From assembly GCA_903908245.1 (NCBI GenBank), contig CAIVRE010000022.1, positions 864 to 64,863 on the forward strand: DNA of 64,000 bases, read 5' to 3'. How positions within the stretch are numbered: the stretch's first letter is position 1; each line of letters starts with the position of its first letter. The position numbers were made by a program, and so were the translations under genes. Of this stretch, positions 36,781 to 48,267 are shown piece by piece. The notes beneath the pieces were generated by a model. It did no database searches, was not told the DNA's origin, and worked only from the letters and a program-made list of their open reading frames with translations. This DNA is from Candidatus Omnitrophota bacterium. Its GTDB lineage: Bacteria; Omnitrophota; Gorgyraeia; Zapsychrales; Fredricksoniimonadaceae.

Positions 36781-38522
36781 ACTTGAACAATAGCATTCAA
36801 ATTTTGATTTACCTGGTCGTTTTGATCTTGGCGGTCAAACCGCTCGGCATGTTTATGGCCTACATCTATGAAGGAAAGCCGGCGGGACTTAATGTTTGGT
36901 TAGGCCCTTTTGAACGGTGGATTTATCGGGTTTGTGGCGTGAAGGCTGAGGCGGGCATGACATGGAAGGAGTATGCTGTGGCCCTGATGCTTTTCAATGT
37001 TCTGGGGATCGTTGTTGTTTACGCTATTGAGCGTCTTCAGGTCTTTTTGCCATTGAACCCCATGGGCATGGCAGCGGTATCGCCGGACTCGTCATTTAAC
37101 ACGGCAGTAAGCTTCGCCAGTAACACGAATTGGCAGGGCTATGGCGGCGAGAGTACGATGAGTTATTTGACCCAGATGCTGGCTTTGACGGTCCAGAATT
37201 TCGTGTCGGCCGCGACAGGCATGGCGGTTCTCGTTGCGCTTATTCGGGGATTTGTTCAGAAACAAACAAAGACTCTTGGTAATTTCTGGGTGGATCTAGT
37301 GAGGAGCACTCTTTATATCCTGATTCCTTTGTCACTTGTTGTGGCTGTGATCCTTGTGTCGCAGGGAACTCCCCAGACATTCAATTCAAGTGCCACGGCA
37401 ACACTCGTTCAGCCCATGAAAGATGCGGCAGGGAAATCTGTGACGGAGCAGGTGATCGCTCTTGGGCCGGTCGCTTCCCAGCTCGCCATCAAGCAACTGG
37501 GGACCAATGGCGGCGGCTTTTTTAACGCCAATTCGGCGCATCCTTATGAGAATCCAACGCCGTTATCCAACTTCTTGGAGATGCTTTCAATACTGCTGAT
37601 TCCAGCGGCGCTTTGTTATACCTTCGGGTTTATGGTTAGGGATAGGCGACAGGGCTGGGCGTTACTTGCGTCTATGCTCGTTATCTTTATTCCCTGCCTT
37701 GTGTGGTCAGTTCAGATCGAACAGCAGGCGAATCCTTTGTTGGCGCGTTTGGGAGTTGACCAGGCAGCCACAGTTTTTCAGCCTGGCGGGAATATGGAAG
37801 GCAAGGAATCGCGTTTTGGGATCGCCAGTTCATCGATCTGGTCGGTTGCGACTGCCTCTGCCTCGAATGGGTCGGTTAATTCTATGCACGATTCGTTTAT
37901 GCCGTTAGGTGGAATGATCCCCATGTGGCTGATCCAGCTTGGCGAGGTCATTTTCGGCGGCGTGGGGTCAGGACTTTATGGATTGATCGCCTTTGTGATC
38001 GTGGCGGTCTTCATTGCCGGTCTTATGATCGGACGAACGCCGGAATACTTGGGGAAAAAGATCGAGGCTTATGAGATGAAGATGGCTTCCCTGGTCGCCT
38101 TGATTCCGCACGTTTTTATCCTGCTACCAACGGCACTGGCTGTGCTGATTCCCACCGGTAAAGCGGGAATACTGAATCCCGGGGCGCATGGTTTTAGCGA
38201 GATCCTTTACGCTTTCACATCAGCAGCCGGGAATAATGGCAGTGCTTTTGCCGGGTTGTCAGCGAACACGCCGTTTTATAATATCGCCTTGGGACTGGGT
38301 ATGTTCTTTTGCCGGTTCTGGCTCATTATTCCGATGTTAGCCATTGCCGGCTCATTGTCGTCAAAGAAGATCGTTCCGGTCAGTGCCGGTACTTTGCCGA
38401 CACATACGCCGTTGTTTGTGTTCTTTCTGGCCATGGTGATCCTCATCGTCGGTGCGTTGACATTCTTCCCGGCGCTTGCTTTGGGGCCGATCGTTGAACA
38501 TTTGATGTTAAATGGAGCTTAG
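36777..38522 (+). CDS. kdpA: K+-transporting ATPase subunit A
   Basis: [56 protein letters not shown]. Confidence 0.97.
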   Translation: MNLNNSIQILIYLVVLILAVKPLGMFMAYIYEGKPAGLNVWLGPFERWIYRVCGVKAEAGMTWKEYAVALMLFNVLGIVVVYAIERLQVFLPLNPMGMAAVSPDSSFNTAVSFASNTNWQGYGGESTMSYLTQMLALTVQNFVSAATGMAVLVALIRGFVQKQTKTLGNFWVDLVRSTLYILIPLSLVVAVILVSQGTPQTFNSSATATLVQPMKDAAGKSVTEQVIALGPVASQLAIKQLGTNGGGFFNANSAHPYENPTPLSNFLEMLSILLIPAALCYTFGFMVRDRRQGWALLASMLVIFIPCLVWSVQIEQQANPLLARLGVDQAATVFQPGGNMEGKESRFGIASSSIWSVATASASNGSVNSMHDSFMPLGGMIPMWLIQLGEVIFGGVGSGLYGLIAFVIVAVFIAGLMIGRTPEYLGKKIEAYEMKMASLVALIPHVFILLPTALAVLIPTGKAGILNPGAHGFSEILYAFTSAAGNNGSAFAGLSANTPFYNIALGLGMFFCRFWLIIPMLAIAGSLSSKKIVPVSAGTLPTHTPLFVFFLAMVILIVGALTFFPALALGPIVEHLMLNGA

Positions 38523-38526
38523 TGTT

Positions 38527-40602
38527 ATGAAAAAGACTAATAAGATCACCTCATTATTTGATCCGTCCATTCTGGGGCCCGCGGTCATTGATTCATTCAA
38601 AAAACTTGACCCCCGTCACCAGATCAAGAATCCTGTCATGTTCGTGGTTTTGGTAGGGAGTGTTTTGACGACGGGGTTATACTTCCAGGCGTTATTCGGT
38701 CATGGGGAAGCATCGGCTGGGTTTATCCTGGCGATTACCTTGTGGTTATGGTTCACGCTCTTGTTTGCCAACTTTTCCGAGGCCATGGCAGAAGGCCGCG
38801 GGAAAGCACAGGCGGCCAGTTTAAGAAAGACAAGAAAGGACGCTCCGGCCAAGAAATTGTTGAAGCCGTCCCATGGTTCGACGTTTACGACGGTCTCGGC
38901 CACAAGTCTTCGCAAGGAGGATGTGGTTCTGGTTGAAGCCGGTGACATGATCCCCATGGATGGCGAGGTTATTGAAGGGATCGCGTCGGTCGATGAGAGC
39001 GCGATCACTGGTGAAAGCGCACCGGTCATCCGGGAAAGCGGTGGAGACCGTTCGGCTGTTACCGGCGGTACTCGTGTTTTATCCGACTGGCTGGTTGTGC
39101 GAATTACGGCGAATCCAGGTGAAACTTTCTTGGATCACATGATCGCGATGGTTGAAGGTGCCAAGAGGCAGAAGACTCCGAACGAGATCGCTCTTACTAT
39201 TCTTTTGGTGGTGTTCACGATCATCTTTCTTTTGGTCACGGTCACGCTGTTGCCGTTCTCGATTTATAGCGTAAATGCGGCGGGTCATGGTGAGGTTATC
39301 TCCGTGACTGTATTGGTGGCGCTTTTGGTTTGCCTGATCCCGACAACGATAGGAGGGCTGCTTCCCGCCATTGGTATTGCTGGTATGGATAGGATGATCC
39401 AGGCCAATGTTATTGCCACATCCGGTCGGGCTGTAGAAGCCGCTGGGGATGTGGATGTTCTTCTTCTTGATAAGACAGGAACGATCACGCTTGGTAACCG
39501 TCAGGCGGTGGCGTTCTTTCCGGCTTACGGCATTAGTGTCGAGGCGTTGGCTGATGCGGCACAACTTTCATCCTTATCTGACGAAACGCCGGAAGGGCGC
39601 AGCATCGTTGTCCTGGCGAAGCAGAAACACGGCATCCGGGAAAGGCAGATCCACGACATAGAGGCTAAATTCGTTCCTTTTACAGCCCAGACCAAGATGA
39701 GCGGGGTTGATCTCGGCGGCGGTAGAGAGATCAGGAAGGGCTCTGTCGAGGCCATAGAGAATTATGTCAAGATCCACGGAGGGGTTTTCCCGGAGGACTT
39801 GAAATCAACGATCGAGACCATCTCAAAGAGCGGGGGGACGCCTCTGGCGGTTTGTGAAAACAGTCGGGTCCTTGGTGTGATCCAGCTGAAGGATATTATC
39901 AAGGGTGGCATTAAAGAACGGTTTGCTGAACTTCGGCGCATGGGAATCAAGACTATCATGATCACTGGAGATAATCCTTTAACAGCGGCATCTATCGCGG
40001 CGGAAGCCGGGATGGATGACTTTCTTGCTCAGGCAACACCGGAAGCCAAGCTCAAACTAATCCGCGAAATGCAATCCGGCGGGCGGCTGGTGGCCATGAC
40101 CGGCGACGGGACCAATGACGCTCCGGCTCTGGCGCAAGCTGATGTGGCTGTTGCCATGCATACCGGAACGCAGGCGGCCAAAGAAGCGGGGAATATGGTG
40201 GACTTGGATTCCAATCCGACCAAGCTTATCGAGGTTGTTGAGATCGGTAAACAGCTTCTGATGACGCGAGGATCTTTAACAACATTCAGTATCTCGAATG
40301 ATGTTTCTAAATACTTTGCCATCATCCCAGCCGCGTTCGTTGGGACTTACCCGGCATTGAAGGCGCTTAACATTATGCATTTGGCAACACCGCAAAGCGC
40401 GGTATTGTCGGCGGTCATCTTTAACGCGCTGATCATCATCTTTCTTATTCCGTTGTCATTATTTGGCGTGCCGTATAGGCCGATGCCTGCGAGCCGTTTG
40501 TTGAGGGATAATCTTCTGATCTATGGACTCGGCGGGCTTGTGACACCGTTTGTGGGCATTAAATTGATCGACATGATCCTTGTGGTATTGCACTTGGTAT
40601 AA
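38527..40602 (+). CDS. kdpB: K+-transporting P-type ATPase subunit B
   Basis: [36 protein letters not shown]. Confidence 0.97.
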   Translation: MKKTNKITSLFDPSILGPAVIDSFKKLDPRHQIKNPVMFVVLVGSVLTTGLYFQALFGHGEASAGFILAITLWLWFTLLFANFSEAMAEGRGKAQAASLRKTRKDAPAKKLLKPSHGSTFTTVSATSLRKEDVVLVEAGDMIPMDGEVIEGIASVDESAITGESAPVIRESGGDRSAVTGGTRVLSDWLVVRITANPGETFLDHMIAMVEGAKRQKTPNEIALTILLVVFTIIFLLVTVTLLPFSIYSVNAAGHGEVISVTVLVALLVCLIPTTIGGLLPAIGIAGMDRMIQANVIATSGRAVEAAGDVDVLLLDKTGTITLGNRQAVAFFPAYGISVEALADAAQLSSLSDETPEGRSIVVLAKQKHGIRERQIHDIEAKFVPFTAQTKMSGVDLGGGREIRKGSVEAIENYVKIHGGVFPEDLKSTIETISKSGGTPLAVCENSRVLGVIQLKDIIKGGIKERFAELRRMGIKTIMITGDNPLTAASIAAEAGMDDFLAQATPEAKLKLIREMQSGGRLVAMTGDGTNDAPALAQADVAVAMHTGTQAAKEAGNMVDLDSNPTKLIEVVEIGKQLLMTRGSLTTFSISNDVSKYFAIIPAAFVGTYPALKALNIMHLATPQSAVLSAVIFNALIIIFLIPLSLFGVPYRPMPASRLLRDNLLIYGLGGLVTPFVGIKLIDMILVVLHLV

Positions 40603-40614
40603 ATGGAGGCAGTT

Positions 40615-41193
40615 ATGTGGCGTGAACAAATTAAACCAGCGATAATGATCTTCATTGTGTTAACCGTGATCACTGGAGTTATTTATCCGTTGGTTGTTAC
40701 AGGGATGGCACAGGCATTTTTTCACAAACAAGCTAACGGAAGTCTGATTTATTCGAGTGACGGGAAGTCTGTTGGCTCTACTCTAATTGGGCAGAATTTC
40801 GATGACCCCAAGTATTTCTGGGGTAGGCTTTCGGCAACAACACCGGCGTATAATGCCTCTGCATCATCGGGTTCTAATTTGGGGCCGTCTAATCCAGCCT
40901 TAGTTGATGCAGTTAAAGCAAGGATAGCTGCACTAAAAATTGTTGATCCGGGCAATCAGGTCCCAGTCCCTGTCGATTTGGTGACGGCATCTGCGAGCGG
41001 ATTAGATCCACATTTAAGTTTGGCTGGTATGGATTATCAGTTATCGCGTGTTGCGCGAGTTAGAAAATTATCAGAAGCGAGTATCAAGAAGATCATTGAT
41101 CAGAATACGAGTGGGCGATTCATTGGGCTTCTTGGAGAGCCAGTCGTGAATGTTTTGAAAGTTAATTGGGCGTTAGACCGGCTGAAGAAATGA
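40615..41193 (+). CDS. kdpC: K+-transporting ATPase subunit C
   Basis: QANGSL, LIGQ.F....[37 protein letters not shown]. Confidence 0.95.
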   Translation: MWREQIKPAIMIFIVLTVITGVIYPLVVTGMAQAFFHKQANGSLIYSSDGKSVGSTLIGQNFDDPKYFWGRLSATTPAYNASASSGSNLGPSNPALVDAVKARIAALKIVDPGNQVPVPVDLVTASASGLDPHLSLAGMDYQLSRVARVRKLSEASIKKIIDQNTSGRFIGLLGEPVVNVLKVNWALDRLKK

Positions 41194-41230
41194 TTGGTTT
41201 ACAGAACAATTGAAAGTTATTATATAAGTT

Positions 41231-43894
41231 ATGGAAAGACCTGATCCAGACGCGCTGCTTTTGAATGTCAACGCTGAGGATAACAAGCGGGGGAAATTAA
41301 GGATTTTCTTCGGTATGTGCCCCGGCGTCGGCAAGACCTATGCCATGCTCCTGGAAGCCCAGGCGCGGCAGGCAGAAGGAGTGCGCGTACTCGCCGGAAT
41401 TGTTTATACTCATGGTCGTGCGGAAACTGAGGCCTTGGTTCAGGGTCTTAACAAGATCCCACCCAAGGTCATTATCTACCGCGACAAGACTTTTGAGGAA
41501 ATGGACATCGACGAGATCCTGCGTCTTCGCCCGCAGCTTGTTCTTGTGGACGAGTTGGCCCATTCCAATATCCCCGGTAGTCGTCACCCCAAGCGTTATC
41601 AGGATGTTCTGGAGTTGCTTTCTGCAGGTATCGATGTCTTTTCAACGCTTAATGTTCAGCATGTTGAAAGCCATAAAGAGGATATTCACGCTGTCACGCG
41701 TGTCGCGGTTGGGGAAACTGTCCCTGACACCATATTGGATGAGGCTTTCGAGATCACGCTGGTTGATCTATCTCCGCAGGCGTTACGTAAGCGTTTGGCC
41801 GAAGGAAAAGTCTATGTGCCTGATCAGGTTCGTTCGACGGCGGCGGACAGCTTCTTTAAGACGGAGAATTTGACGGCCCTTCGGGAAATGGCCTTGCGCC
41901 TGACCGCGGCGCATGTGAACCGTCATTTACGATCGCTGATGGCCTCAAAGGGTATTGTCGGGCCCCATCAAAGTGGAGAGCGTATTTTGGTGGCGGTTGG
42001 ATCGACGCCTTTCTCGGAATCGCTCATTCGTATGACCCGGCGCTGGGCAGGCATGCTGGATGCCTCCTGGATTGCTCTTCACGTGGAGAGTTCAACGCCG
42101 GCCAGTGAAGAAGGCAAAGACCGTGTGCTTAAGAATTTGGCCCTGGCTCGCTTGCTTGGTGCAGAGGTTATGCATAAAGAGGGCGATAATCTCGCGTGCG
42201 AGATCATTGATGTAGCCAATAAAGAAAATGTAACCCAGATCATTGTCGGGAAATCTCCGCAGATGTTTTGGCAGCGGTTGTTCGGGTCTCCATCTTTGAC
42301 GGATAAGCTGGTTGAGTTGAGCGGGGAGATCGACATTCATGTCGTTCGCCTTTCGACGACTGAAAAGGTCTCTCCTGAAAGACGCCGGGATATTATCCCC
42401 CGTTTTAGGGCGTATGAATATGGCTTAAGCCTTCTTATGGTCACGCTGGCCACGATCACGGCGATATTCTTTGAAAAGTTTACCGGTTATCAGACATTAG
42501 GGTTGATCTATCTTCTGGCCGTGGTGTTGAGCGGGGTCTTTATGGGAAGGTCCGCCGCATTGATACTGGCCGCCTTAAGTGCCCTTGCGTGGGACTATTT
42601 ATTTATTCCTCCGAAATATACATTCATTATCAATAAAGATTATGATATCGCGATGTTGGTTATGTATTTTATTACGGCTCTGATGATGGGTCTTGTGACC
42701 TCCAAATTGAGGCGGCAAAAAGAGATTGAGCAGCGGCAGCGTATCCGCACTGAAGCCTTGTATGCTCTGACCCGGGCTTTGGCTGTGAGCACCGATCTTA
42801 ATCAGGCCATGCGGATCGGGACAGAGCAGGTCAATTTGCTGTGCAAATCGAAGAGCGCGGTTGTGATGTTAAATGGCGCTTCGGAACCTGTCTTTGATCA
42901 ACTTTTAGGAGACCGGATCGATCTGACCGAAGAGCAGAAGGGGCTTGTGCACTGGGTTATTGGGAACAAAAAGGCAGCAGGACGTTTCAGCGACACCTTG
43001 CCTCAGCAGCCTCTGATGTATCTGCCTTTGATGTCGTCGGGAAATGTCAGGGCCATCCTGGTCATTCAGTTACTGGAAGAGCGGCGGCTTGATCTGGCAC
43101 AGCGTACGCTGCTGGAATCGTTCACCTCGCTTATGACGCTCATGCTTGAAAAGGACAGTTTGCTCCGGATCTCGCGTGAAGCCAGGATGAAGGAAGACAC
43201 GCAGAACCTTCAGAGCGCGTTGCTGGACAATCTTTCCCATGAGCTAAAGACGCCGCTCACGATCATTGCCGGGTATCTGGACGCGCTTTTGTTGTACCAT
43301 GAATGGCCAAAGGATGCCCTGGAGCTGTTGGAGGAAAGCCGTTTGGCGAGTTTGCGGTTAACGAACAGCGTCGATGCAGTTTTGGATCTGACGAAACTTG
43401 ATACAGGGAACTTCCGGCCGAATTACGCGTGGTGTGAAGTCAGGGACATTGTTAATGAAGCGGTGAAGCTCGTTGCCGTCGGACTTAATAAGGACCGGGT
43501 CAAGGTCGAGTGTCCTGATGTCCCGCTGTATGTTCAGGCAGATTTCTATATGTTGACGCAGTCGCTCAAGAACATTATTAGTAATGCCCTGATACATGGC
43601 CCTGCGCAAGGCGTGGTCGATGTTAAGGCCAATTCCTTGAATCAGAAGGTTTTGATCAATGTCGTTGATCAGGGTGGGGGCATTCCTCAAGAGACCCTAA
43701 ACAAGATCTTTGACAAATTCTATCGGGGGGCGCAAACCAAGAAGGGCGGACTTGGTTTGGGACTATCCATTGCCAAGCGCTTCGTGGAATTGAATAACGG
43801 GACTGTCGAAGCGAGCAATTTATCGCCGCGAGGCTTTATGGTGAGCATGGCGTTGCCGGTCGTTGAGAAGGAAGGCGGGGAAGGAAATGTCTAA
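41231..43894 (+). CDS. kdpD: Sensor histidine kinase KdpD
   Basis: RPDPDALL, GMCPGVGKTYAML, VDELAH, Usp domain, 4 TMs, GAF, SHELKTPL, GLGLGLSI. Confidence 0.95.
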   Translation: MERPDPDALLLNVNAEDNKRGKLRIFFGMCPGVGKTYAMLLEAQARQAEGVRVLAGIVYTHGRAETEALVQGLNKIPPKVIIYRDKTFEEMDIDEILRLRPQLVLVDELAHSNIPGSRHPKRYQDVLELLSAGIDVFSTLNVQHVESHKEDIHAVTRVAVGETVPDTILDEAFEITLVDLSPQALRKRLAEGKVYVPDQVRSTAADSFFKTENLTALREMALRLTAAHVNRHLRSLMASKGIVGPHQSGERILVAVGSTPFSESLIRMTRRWAGMLDASWIALHVESSTPASEEGKDRVLKNLALARLLGAEVMHKEGDNLACEIIDVANKENVTQIIVGKSPQMFWQRLFGSPSLTDKLVELSGEIDIHVVRLSTTEKVSPERRRDIIPRFRAYEYGLSLLMVTLATITAIFFEKFTGYQTLGLIYLLAVVLSGVFMGRSAALILAALSALAWDYLFIPPKYTFIINKDYDIAMLVMYFITALMMGLVTSKLRRQKEIEQRQRIRTEALYALTRALAVSTDLNQAMRIGTEQVNLLCKSKSAVVMLNGASEPVFDQLLGDRIDLTEEQKGLVHWVIGNKKAAGRFSDTLPQQPLMYLPLMSSGNVRAILVIQLLEERRLDLAQRTLLESFTSLMTLMLEKDSLLRISREARMKEDTQNLQSALLDNLSHELKTPLTIIAGYLDALLLYHEWPKDALELLEESRLASLRLTNSVDAVLDLTKLDTGNFRPNYAWCEVRDIVNEAVKLVAVGLNKDRVKVECPDVPLYVQADFYMLTQSLKNIISNALIHGPAQGVVDVKANSLNQKVLINVVDQGGGIPQETLNKIFDKFYRGAQTKKGGLGLGLSIAKRFVELNNGTVEASNLSPRGFMVSMALPVVEKEGGEGNV

Positions 43895-44573
43895 AGGTTT
43901 GGTTCTTGTTATTGACGATGAACCGCAGATCCAGAAACTGATGCGGGTGATCTTGACTCATGCCGGGTACACCATGATCGAGGCTGGTACGGGCAAGGAA
44001 GGGTTGTCGGAACTTGTTTACAAGAAGCCTAACGCCGTGCTGCTGGACATGGGTTTGCCGGATATGGAGGGCTCAGAAGTTTTGTTAAGAATACGCGAGA
44101 TCAGCGATGTCGCTGTGATCATGGTCTCTGTTCGGGGGCAGGAAGAGGTCAAGGTCAAATGCCTTGAGAATGGCGCTGATGACTATGTTACCAAGCCGTT
44201 TTCCGCTGTTGAGCTAACGGCACGCCTTCAGGCGGTGCTTCGGCGCAAGACAACGCCCGGGATCGTTGACGAGGTCTTTGAGAACACGGGATTGCGACTG
44301 GAGTTTAATACGCGTGTGGCTACCCTTCATGGACAGCCGCTCAAGCTTACGGCGATCGAATATGGACTGCTGACATTGTTCATTAAGAACGCTGGCCGTG
44401 TCCTTACGATGCGTCAGATTTTAAGAGATGTTTGGGGCACGGATAATGAAGAAAAGCTGAACTCCGTTCGCGTTTACCTTAATCATCTTCGGCAGAAGAT
44501 CGAAGATGATTCAGCGCGGCCCAAACGGATTGTCAATGAGCCAGGGATAGGGTATCGTTTTAATTTATTATAA
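43887..44573 (+). CDS. kdpE: Response regulator KdpE
   Basis: VLVIDDEPQI, LLDMGLPD, GADDYVTKPF, OmpR-type wHTH with LRQKIE...EPGIGYR. Confidence 0.92.
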   Translation: MSKGLVLVIDDEPQIQKLMRVILTHAGYTMIEAGTGKEGLSELVYKKPNAVLLDMGLPDMEGSEVLLRIREISDVAVIMVSVRGQEEVKVKCLENGADDYVTKPFSAVELTARLQAVLRRKTTPGIVDEVFENTGLRLEFNTRVATLHGQPLKLTAIEYGLLTLFIKNAGRVLTMRQILRDVWGTDNEEKLNSVRVYLNHLRQKIEDDSARPKRIVNEPGIGYRFNLL

Positions 44574-44592
44574 AGTTTAGAGGTGCGATCAT

Positions 44593-44820
44593 CTAAAGCA
44601 TGGCTAATTCTCGCTTGACTTTTTGTTGCAACCGGATAAACTCGCATAATTGCTGTTCTTGATTTTTGAATGTTGTTATTTCCTGCAGCTTCCGTTCAGC
44701 CCAGAAATTATGTTCGGTCACATCTTGGGTTGATCTCAAGTGCTGAATGATGCTTGGATTCAATTCAAGAAGGTTGAGCAACTGATAGACTCTGGCACGG
44801 GATATCCCAAACCGCTCGGC
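44593..44820 (-). pseudogene. 5'-truncated HTH (ParB/KorB-like) relic of a mobile element
   Basis: Minus strand reads AERFGISRARVYQLLNLLELNPSIIQHL...ERKLQEI, beginning mid-HTH immediately after an in-frame stop. Confidence 0.5.
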
Positions 44821-44826
44821 TTAGAC

Positions 44827-44858
44827 AGGCCCATTAGAGATTTCTAGTGGGCCTTTTC
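44827..44858 (+). terminator. Hairpin/terminator
   Basis: AGGCCCATTAGA / TCTAGTGGGCCT followed by TTT. Confidence 0.5.
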
Positions 44859-44987
44859 TACGTATACGGATTCATCGTTGACAAAACCGTAGCATTTCTT
44901 CCCAAGTTCATCTCTGGCCTCGGCAGAGAGCTTATCTTTAGCCAGTTTTTGTTTAATGTTTAAAAACCAGTTGAAAATATGCACGCC

Positions 44988-45016
44988 TTGACACTATACC
45001 GACTAGTCGGTATACT
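44988..45016 (+). promoter_or_regulatory. Sigma70 promoter with TetR operator
   Basis: TTGACA-17nt-TATACT. Perfect 20-bp palindrome TATACCGACTAGTCGGTATA (44995-45014) fills the spacer. Confidence 0.85.
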
Positions 45017-45071
45017 ATATATTAAGTCCTGTGGCAAAGGGGACATCCTGGTTTTTATAAAGGAGCGAGCG

Positions 45072-45629
45072 ATGATCAAGAAAGTCAATTGTAAAGAAAG
45101 CATTCTTGATGCCGCTGAAGCGGTGGCTATGGAAATGGGCGCGGTCCACATGTCGCTGGATGTGGTCGCGAAAAAGGCCGGTGTCAGCAAGGGCGGCTTG
45201 ATGTACCATTTTGCTACGAAGAAAAGCCTGCTTAAAGCCATGATCGATCGGTTGGTCCGGCAGTTTTATGTTGACCGGACTGCGTTGCTCGATAAGGTCA
45301 AGCCGGGGCCGGGGAGGGAGCTTAAGGCGGGGATCCTGACGGCGCTGGGGCCGAATGAAAAGCGCGATCGTATGGGGCTTTCCATTTTGGTGGTTGCAGC
45401 CAATGATCCCGAATTACTTAAATGCCTTAAAGACGCGCATTGCGAACATTTGAAGGAAATGTCAGATTCCGGTCTGGATTTTGAACGCGCGGCTGTCATT
45501 TCATTGGCTTCGGACGGATTAATGTTATCAGAGATGCTGGGGTTTTCACCGTATAGCCCGGCCCAGAAGAAAAAGATCCGGGATATGATGATCCGGATGA
45601 TCGAGGAACTGGAGGCAGGGAAGAAATGA
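45072..45629 (+). CDS. TetR/AcrR family repressor
   Basis: ILDAAE..G...SLDVVAKKAGVSKGGLMYHFATKKSL. RBS AAGGAG. Confidence 0.92.
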   Translation: MIKKVNCKESILDAAEAVAMEMGAVHMSLDVVAKKAGVSKGGLMYHFATKKSLLKAMIDRLVRQFYVDRTALLDKVKPGPGRELKAGILTALGPNEKRDRMGLSILVVAANDPELLKCLKDAHCEHLKEMSDSGLDFERAAVISLASDGLMLSEMLGFSPYSPAQKKKIRDMMIRMIEELEAGKK

Positions 45630-47125
45630 GCGCAATGGCCGGATCGGCAAAGATCTGCATAGTTTTGGGTATCCTGGTGCTGAGCGGTTGCGCGGCGGGG
45701 CCGGCATTGCATACGCCTGCAGCCGATGTCAAGGCGTATACCGCGGGGCCGCTTGCAGAGAAGACGGAGGCGACAGCGGTGGCAGGTGGCGCGGCGCAGA
45801 AATTCAATATGGGAGAAGATGTCCCGGCGCAGTGGTGGACGCTTTTTAAGTCAGAGGAGTTGGACCGCATCATCCGCGACGCGCTGGCCCAGAATCCGAA
45901 CCTGGCGGCGGCACAGGCCACGCTCCGCGAGGCTCGGGAGAATTATAACGCGAGCGCCGGCAGCGAATATTTTCCGGATGTTTCCGCCGCCCTGTCTTCA
46001 TCGCGCAAGAAGAGCTCTCCGGCCGCAGCAGGTTTGCCTGCCGGAAGCAAGGGCAGTGTTTTTGACTTGCATAATGCTTCGGTCGATGTGGCGTATACAT
46101 TCGATGTTTTTGGCAAAGGGCGGCAGGAGCTCGATGGCCTCAGGGCTCAGGTGGATTATCAGCAATATCAGTTCGAGGCGGCTTATTTGGCGCTTACGGC
46201 TAATATTGTCACTACTGTTATAAGGGAAGCTTCTTTGAGAGAGCAGCTGGCGGCGCTCAGCGATATTGTAGCGTCGCAGGAAAAACATTTGAGCATGCTG
46301 GATCAGCAGATGGCTTTGGGTGGCGTGGCACGTCCCGAGGTTTTGGCGCAGCGTGCCCAGCTTGAGCAGACGCGCGCGGCTTTACCTCCCGTGGAAAAGG
46401 AGCTATCGCAGGTCCGACATCAGCTTATGGTGCTGACCGGGAAATTTCCGGCGGATGAGGCTACGGTGAAAGGCTTTAGCCTTGCGGCGATAAGTTTGCC
46501 GGAAGATTTGCCCGTAACCCTGCCTTCTAGACTGGTACGTCAGCGGCCGGATATCCGTGCCGCGGAAGCGCTGCTTAAGGCGGCTAGTGCCAGGGTGGGA
46601 GTGGCGACTGCGGACCTTTATCCGCAGATCACCTTAAGCGGCAGTTATGGTTCCCAGGCCGGGAGGATGGCGGGTCTTTTCGATGCTAACAGTACGGTGT
46701 GGAATATCGGGGCGGGCATCGTCCAGCCTATATTTAATGGCGGCAGGTTGCGTGCCCAGCGCCGGGCTTCTTTGGCGGCGTTTGATGCGGCCAGAGCCCA
46801 GTTCCGTCAGGTGGTCCTGGCGGCATACGCGAATGTGGCTGACGCGCTGCGCGCGCTGGAGACGGATGCGCGTGCGCTTAAAGCCCAGGCTGATGCACAA
46901 GCCGCGGCGGCTGCTTCCCTGGATATGACCCAGAAACAACTGGCCGCAGGCGCGGTGAATTATGCCCTGCTGTTAGATGCCGAGCGGCAGTATCAGCAGG
47001 CCCGGATCGCGTTGGTCCAGGCCCGGGCCGCTCGCCTTTCCGATACGGCGGCATTATTTCAGGCGTTGGGTGGCGGCTGGTGGAATAGAGATCATCGGGT
47101 TTCGGTGGAGCAATCAAAGGAGTAG
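45626..47125 (+). CDS. Efflux outer-membrane lipoprotein (NodT/OprM family)
   Basis: LSGC lipobox, WW..F, LPSRLVRQRPDIRAAE, LYPQITL, LFQALGGGW. Confidence 0.92.
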   Translation: MSAMAGSAKICIVLGILVLSGCAAGPALHTPAADVKAYTAGPLAEKTEATAVAGGAAQKFNMGEDVPAQWWTLFKSEELDRIIRDALAQNPNLAAAQATLREARENYNASAGSEYFPDVSAALSSSRKKSSPAAAGLPAGSKGSVFDLHNASVDVAYTFDVFGKGRQELDGLRAQVDYQQYQFEAAYLALTANIVTTVIREASLREQLAALSDIVASQEKHLSMLDQQMALGGVARPEVLAQRAQLEQTRAALPPVEKELSQVRHQLMVLTGKFPADEATVKGFSLAAISLPEDLPVTLPSRLVRQRPDIRAAEALLKAASARVGVATADLYPQITLSGSYGSQAGRMAGLFDANSTVWNIGAGIVQPIFNGGRLRAQRRASLAAFDAARAQFRQVVLAAYANVADALRALETDARALKAQADAQAAAAASLDMTQKQLAAGAVNYALLLDAERQYQQARIALVQARAARLSDTAALFQALGGGWWNRDHRVSVEQSKE

Positions 47126-47128
47126 TTT

Positions 47129-48259
47129 ATGGTTAAGAGAATGTTATTGATGCTGTTGATCGCCGGGTTTGTATTCGGAGGTATTTTCGGATACCTGGCT
47201 TTCGGCAACTACATGATGAAACAGCATTTTGCCACGATGCAGATGCCACCCGTCGTAGTGGCTACGGTCAAAGTTGGAACACAGTTTTGGCAGCCCAAGA
47301 TCAAGGCGTCGGGAAGCCTGCGCGCGGTGCAGGGGGTGGATGTGGCCAGCGAGATAGCGGGGATCATTGAGGCAGTGCATTTTAAGTCCGGCGATGATGT
47401 TAAAGAGGGACAGGCTCTGCTTGAGTTGAATGCAGAAGCGGATACGGCCCAGCTGCAGGCCATGGAAGCGGCGGAGGAGCTGGCGCAGACGGTTTATGAT
47501 CGGGATAAGAAGCAGCTGGAGATACAGGCGGTAAGCCAGGCTGTCGTGGAGGCTGACGCGGCGGAACTCAAAAGCCGCAGGGCGCAGCGGGACCAGCAAA
47601 GTGCTATGGTGGCCAAGAAAAAGATCAAGGCGCCCTTTAGCGGCAAGCTGGGGATCGGTGTGGTCAATTCCGGACAGTATCTGAATCCGGGCGAGAAGAT
47701 CGTCACGCTGCAATCGCTCGATACGGTGTACGCCGATTTCTTCCTGCCTCAGCAGGAACTTTCCCGTCTGGTCATTGGCCAGGAAGTGAATGTTGCGACG
47801 GATACCTTCCCCGGCCGGTCTTTCCCCGGCAGGATCACGGCCATTAATACTAAAATTGAGCCTGATACGCGCAATGTTCAGGTTGAAGCCACGCTTGTTA
47901 ACCCGAAGCATGACCTTCTGCCGGGCATGTTCGTGTCCGTTGAGGTCGACGTGGGCGATGCGAAGCCTTACCTGACGCTGCCGCAGACGGCCGTGAACTT
48001 CAATCCGTATGGGGAAACGGTTTTCGTTGTGGAGGCTTCTGAAAAAGACGCGCAGGGTGCTTCTGTCATGAAAGCCAAGCAGTCTTTTATCACGGTCGGC
48101 GAAATGCGGGGTGACCAGTTGAGCGTCGTCAAAGGTATTAAGGAAGGCGACCTTGTCGTTTCTAGCGGCCAGCACAAACTTAAGAATGGCAGTGTGGTCA
48201 TCATTAATGACAAGGTGCAGCCGGGCAATGATCCCGCTCCCGCACCGGTCGATCAATAA
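47129..48259 (+). CDS. RND periplasmic adaptor (MFP)
   Basis: Lipoyl-like motifs, IKAPFSG, TRN.QVEA...NP...L.PGMF, GIKEGD.VV.SG. Confidence 0.92.
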   Translation: MVKRMLLMLLIAGFVFGGIFGYLAFGNYMMKQHFATMQMPPVVVATVKVGTQFWQPKIKASGSLRAVQGVDVASEIAGIIEAVHFKSGDDVKEGQALLELNAEADTAQLQAMEAAEELAQTVYDRDKKQLEIQAVSQAVVEADAAELKSRRAQRDQQSAMVAKKKIKAPFSGKLGIGVVNSGQYLNPGEKIVTLQSLDTVYADFFLPQQELSRLVIGQEVNVATDTFPGRSFPGRITAINTKIEPDTRNVQVEATLVNPKHDLLPGMFVSVEVDVGDAKPYLTLPQTAVNFNPYGETVFVVEASEKDAQGASVMKAKQSFITVGEMRGDQLSVVKGIKEGDLVVSSGQHKLKNGSVVIINDKVQPGNDPAPAPVDQ

Positions 48260-48267
48260 GGTTGAAT

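Noticed and set aside
44979-45071. Longer TetR start given in the ORF track
   Set aside because: It runs through the promoter/operator. The RBS supports ATG 45072.
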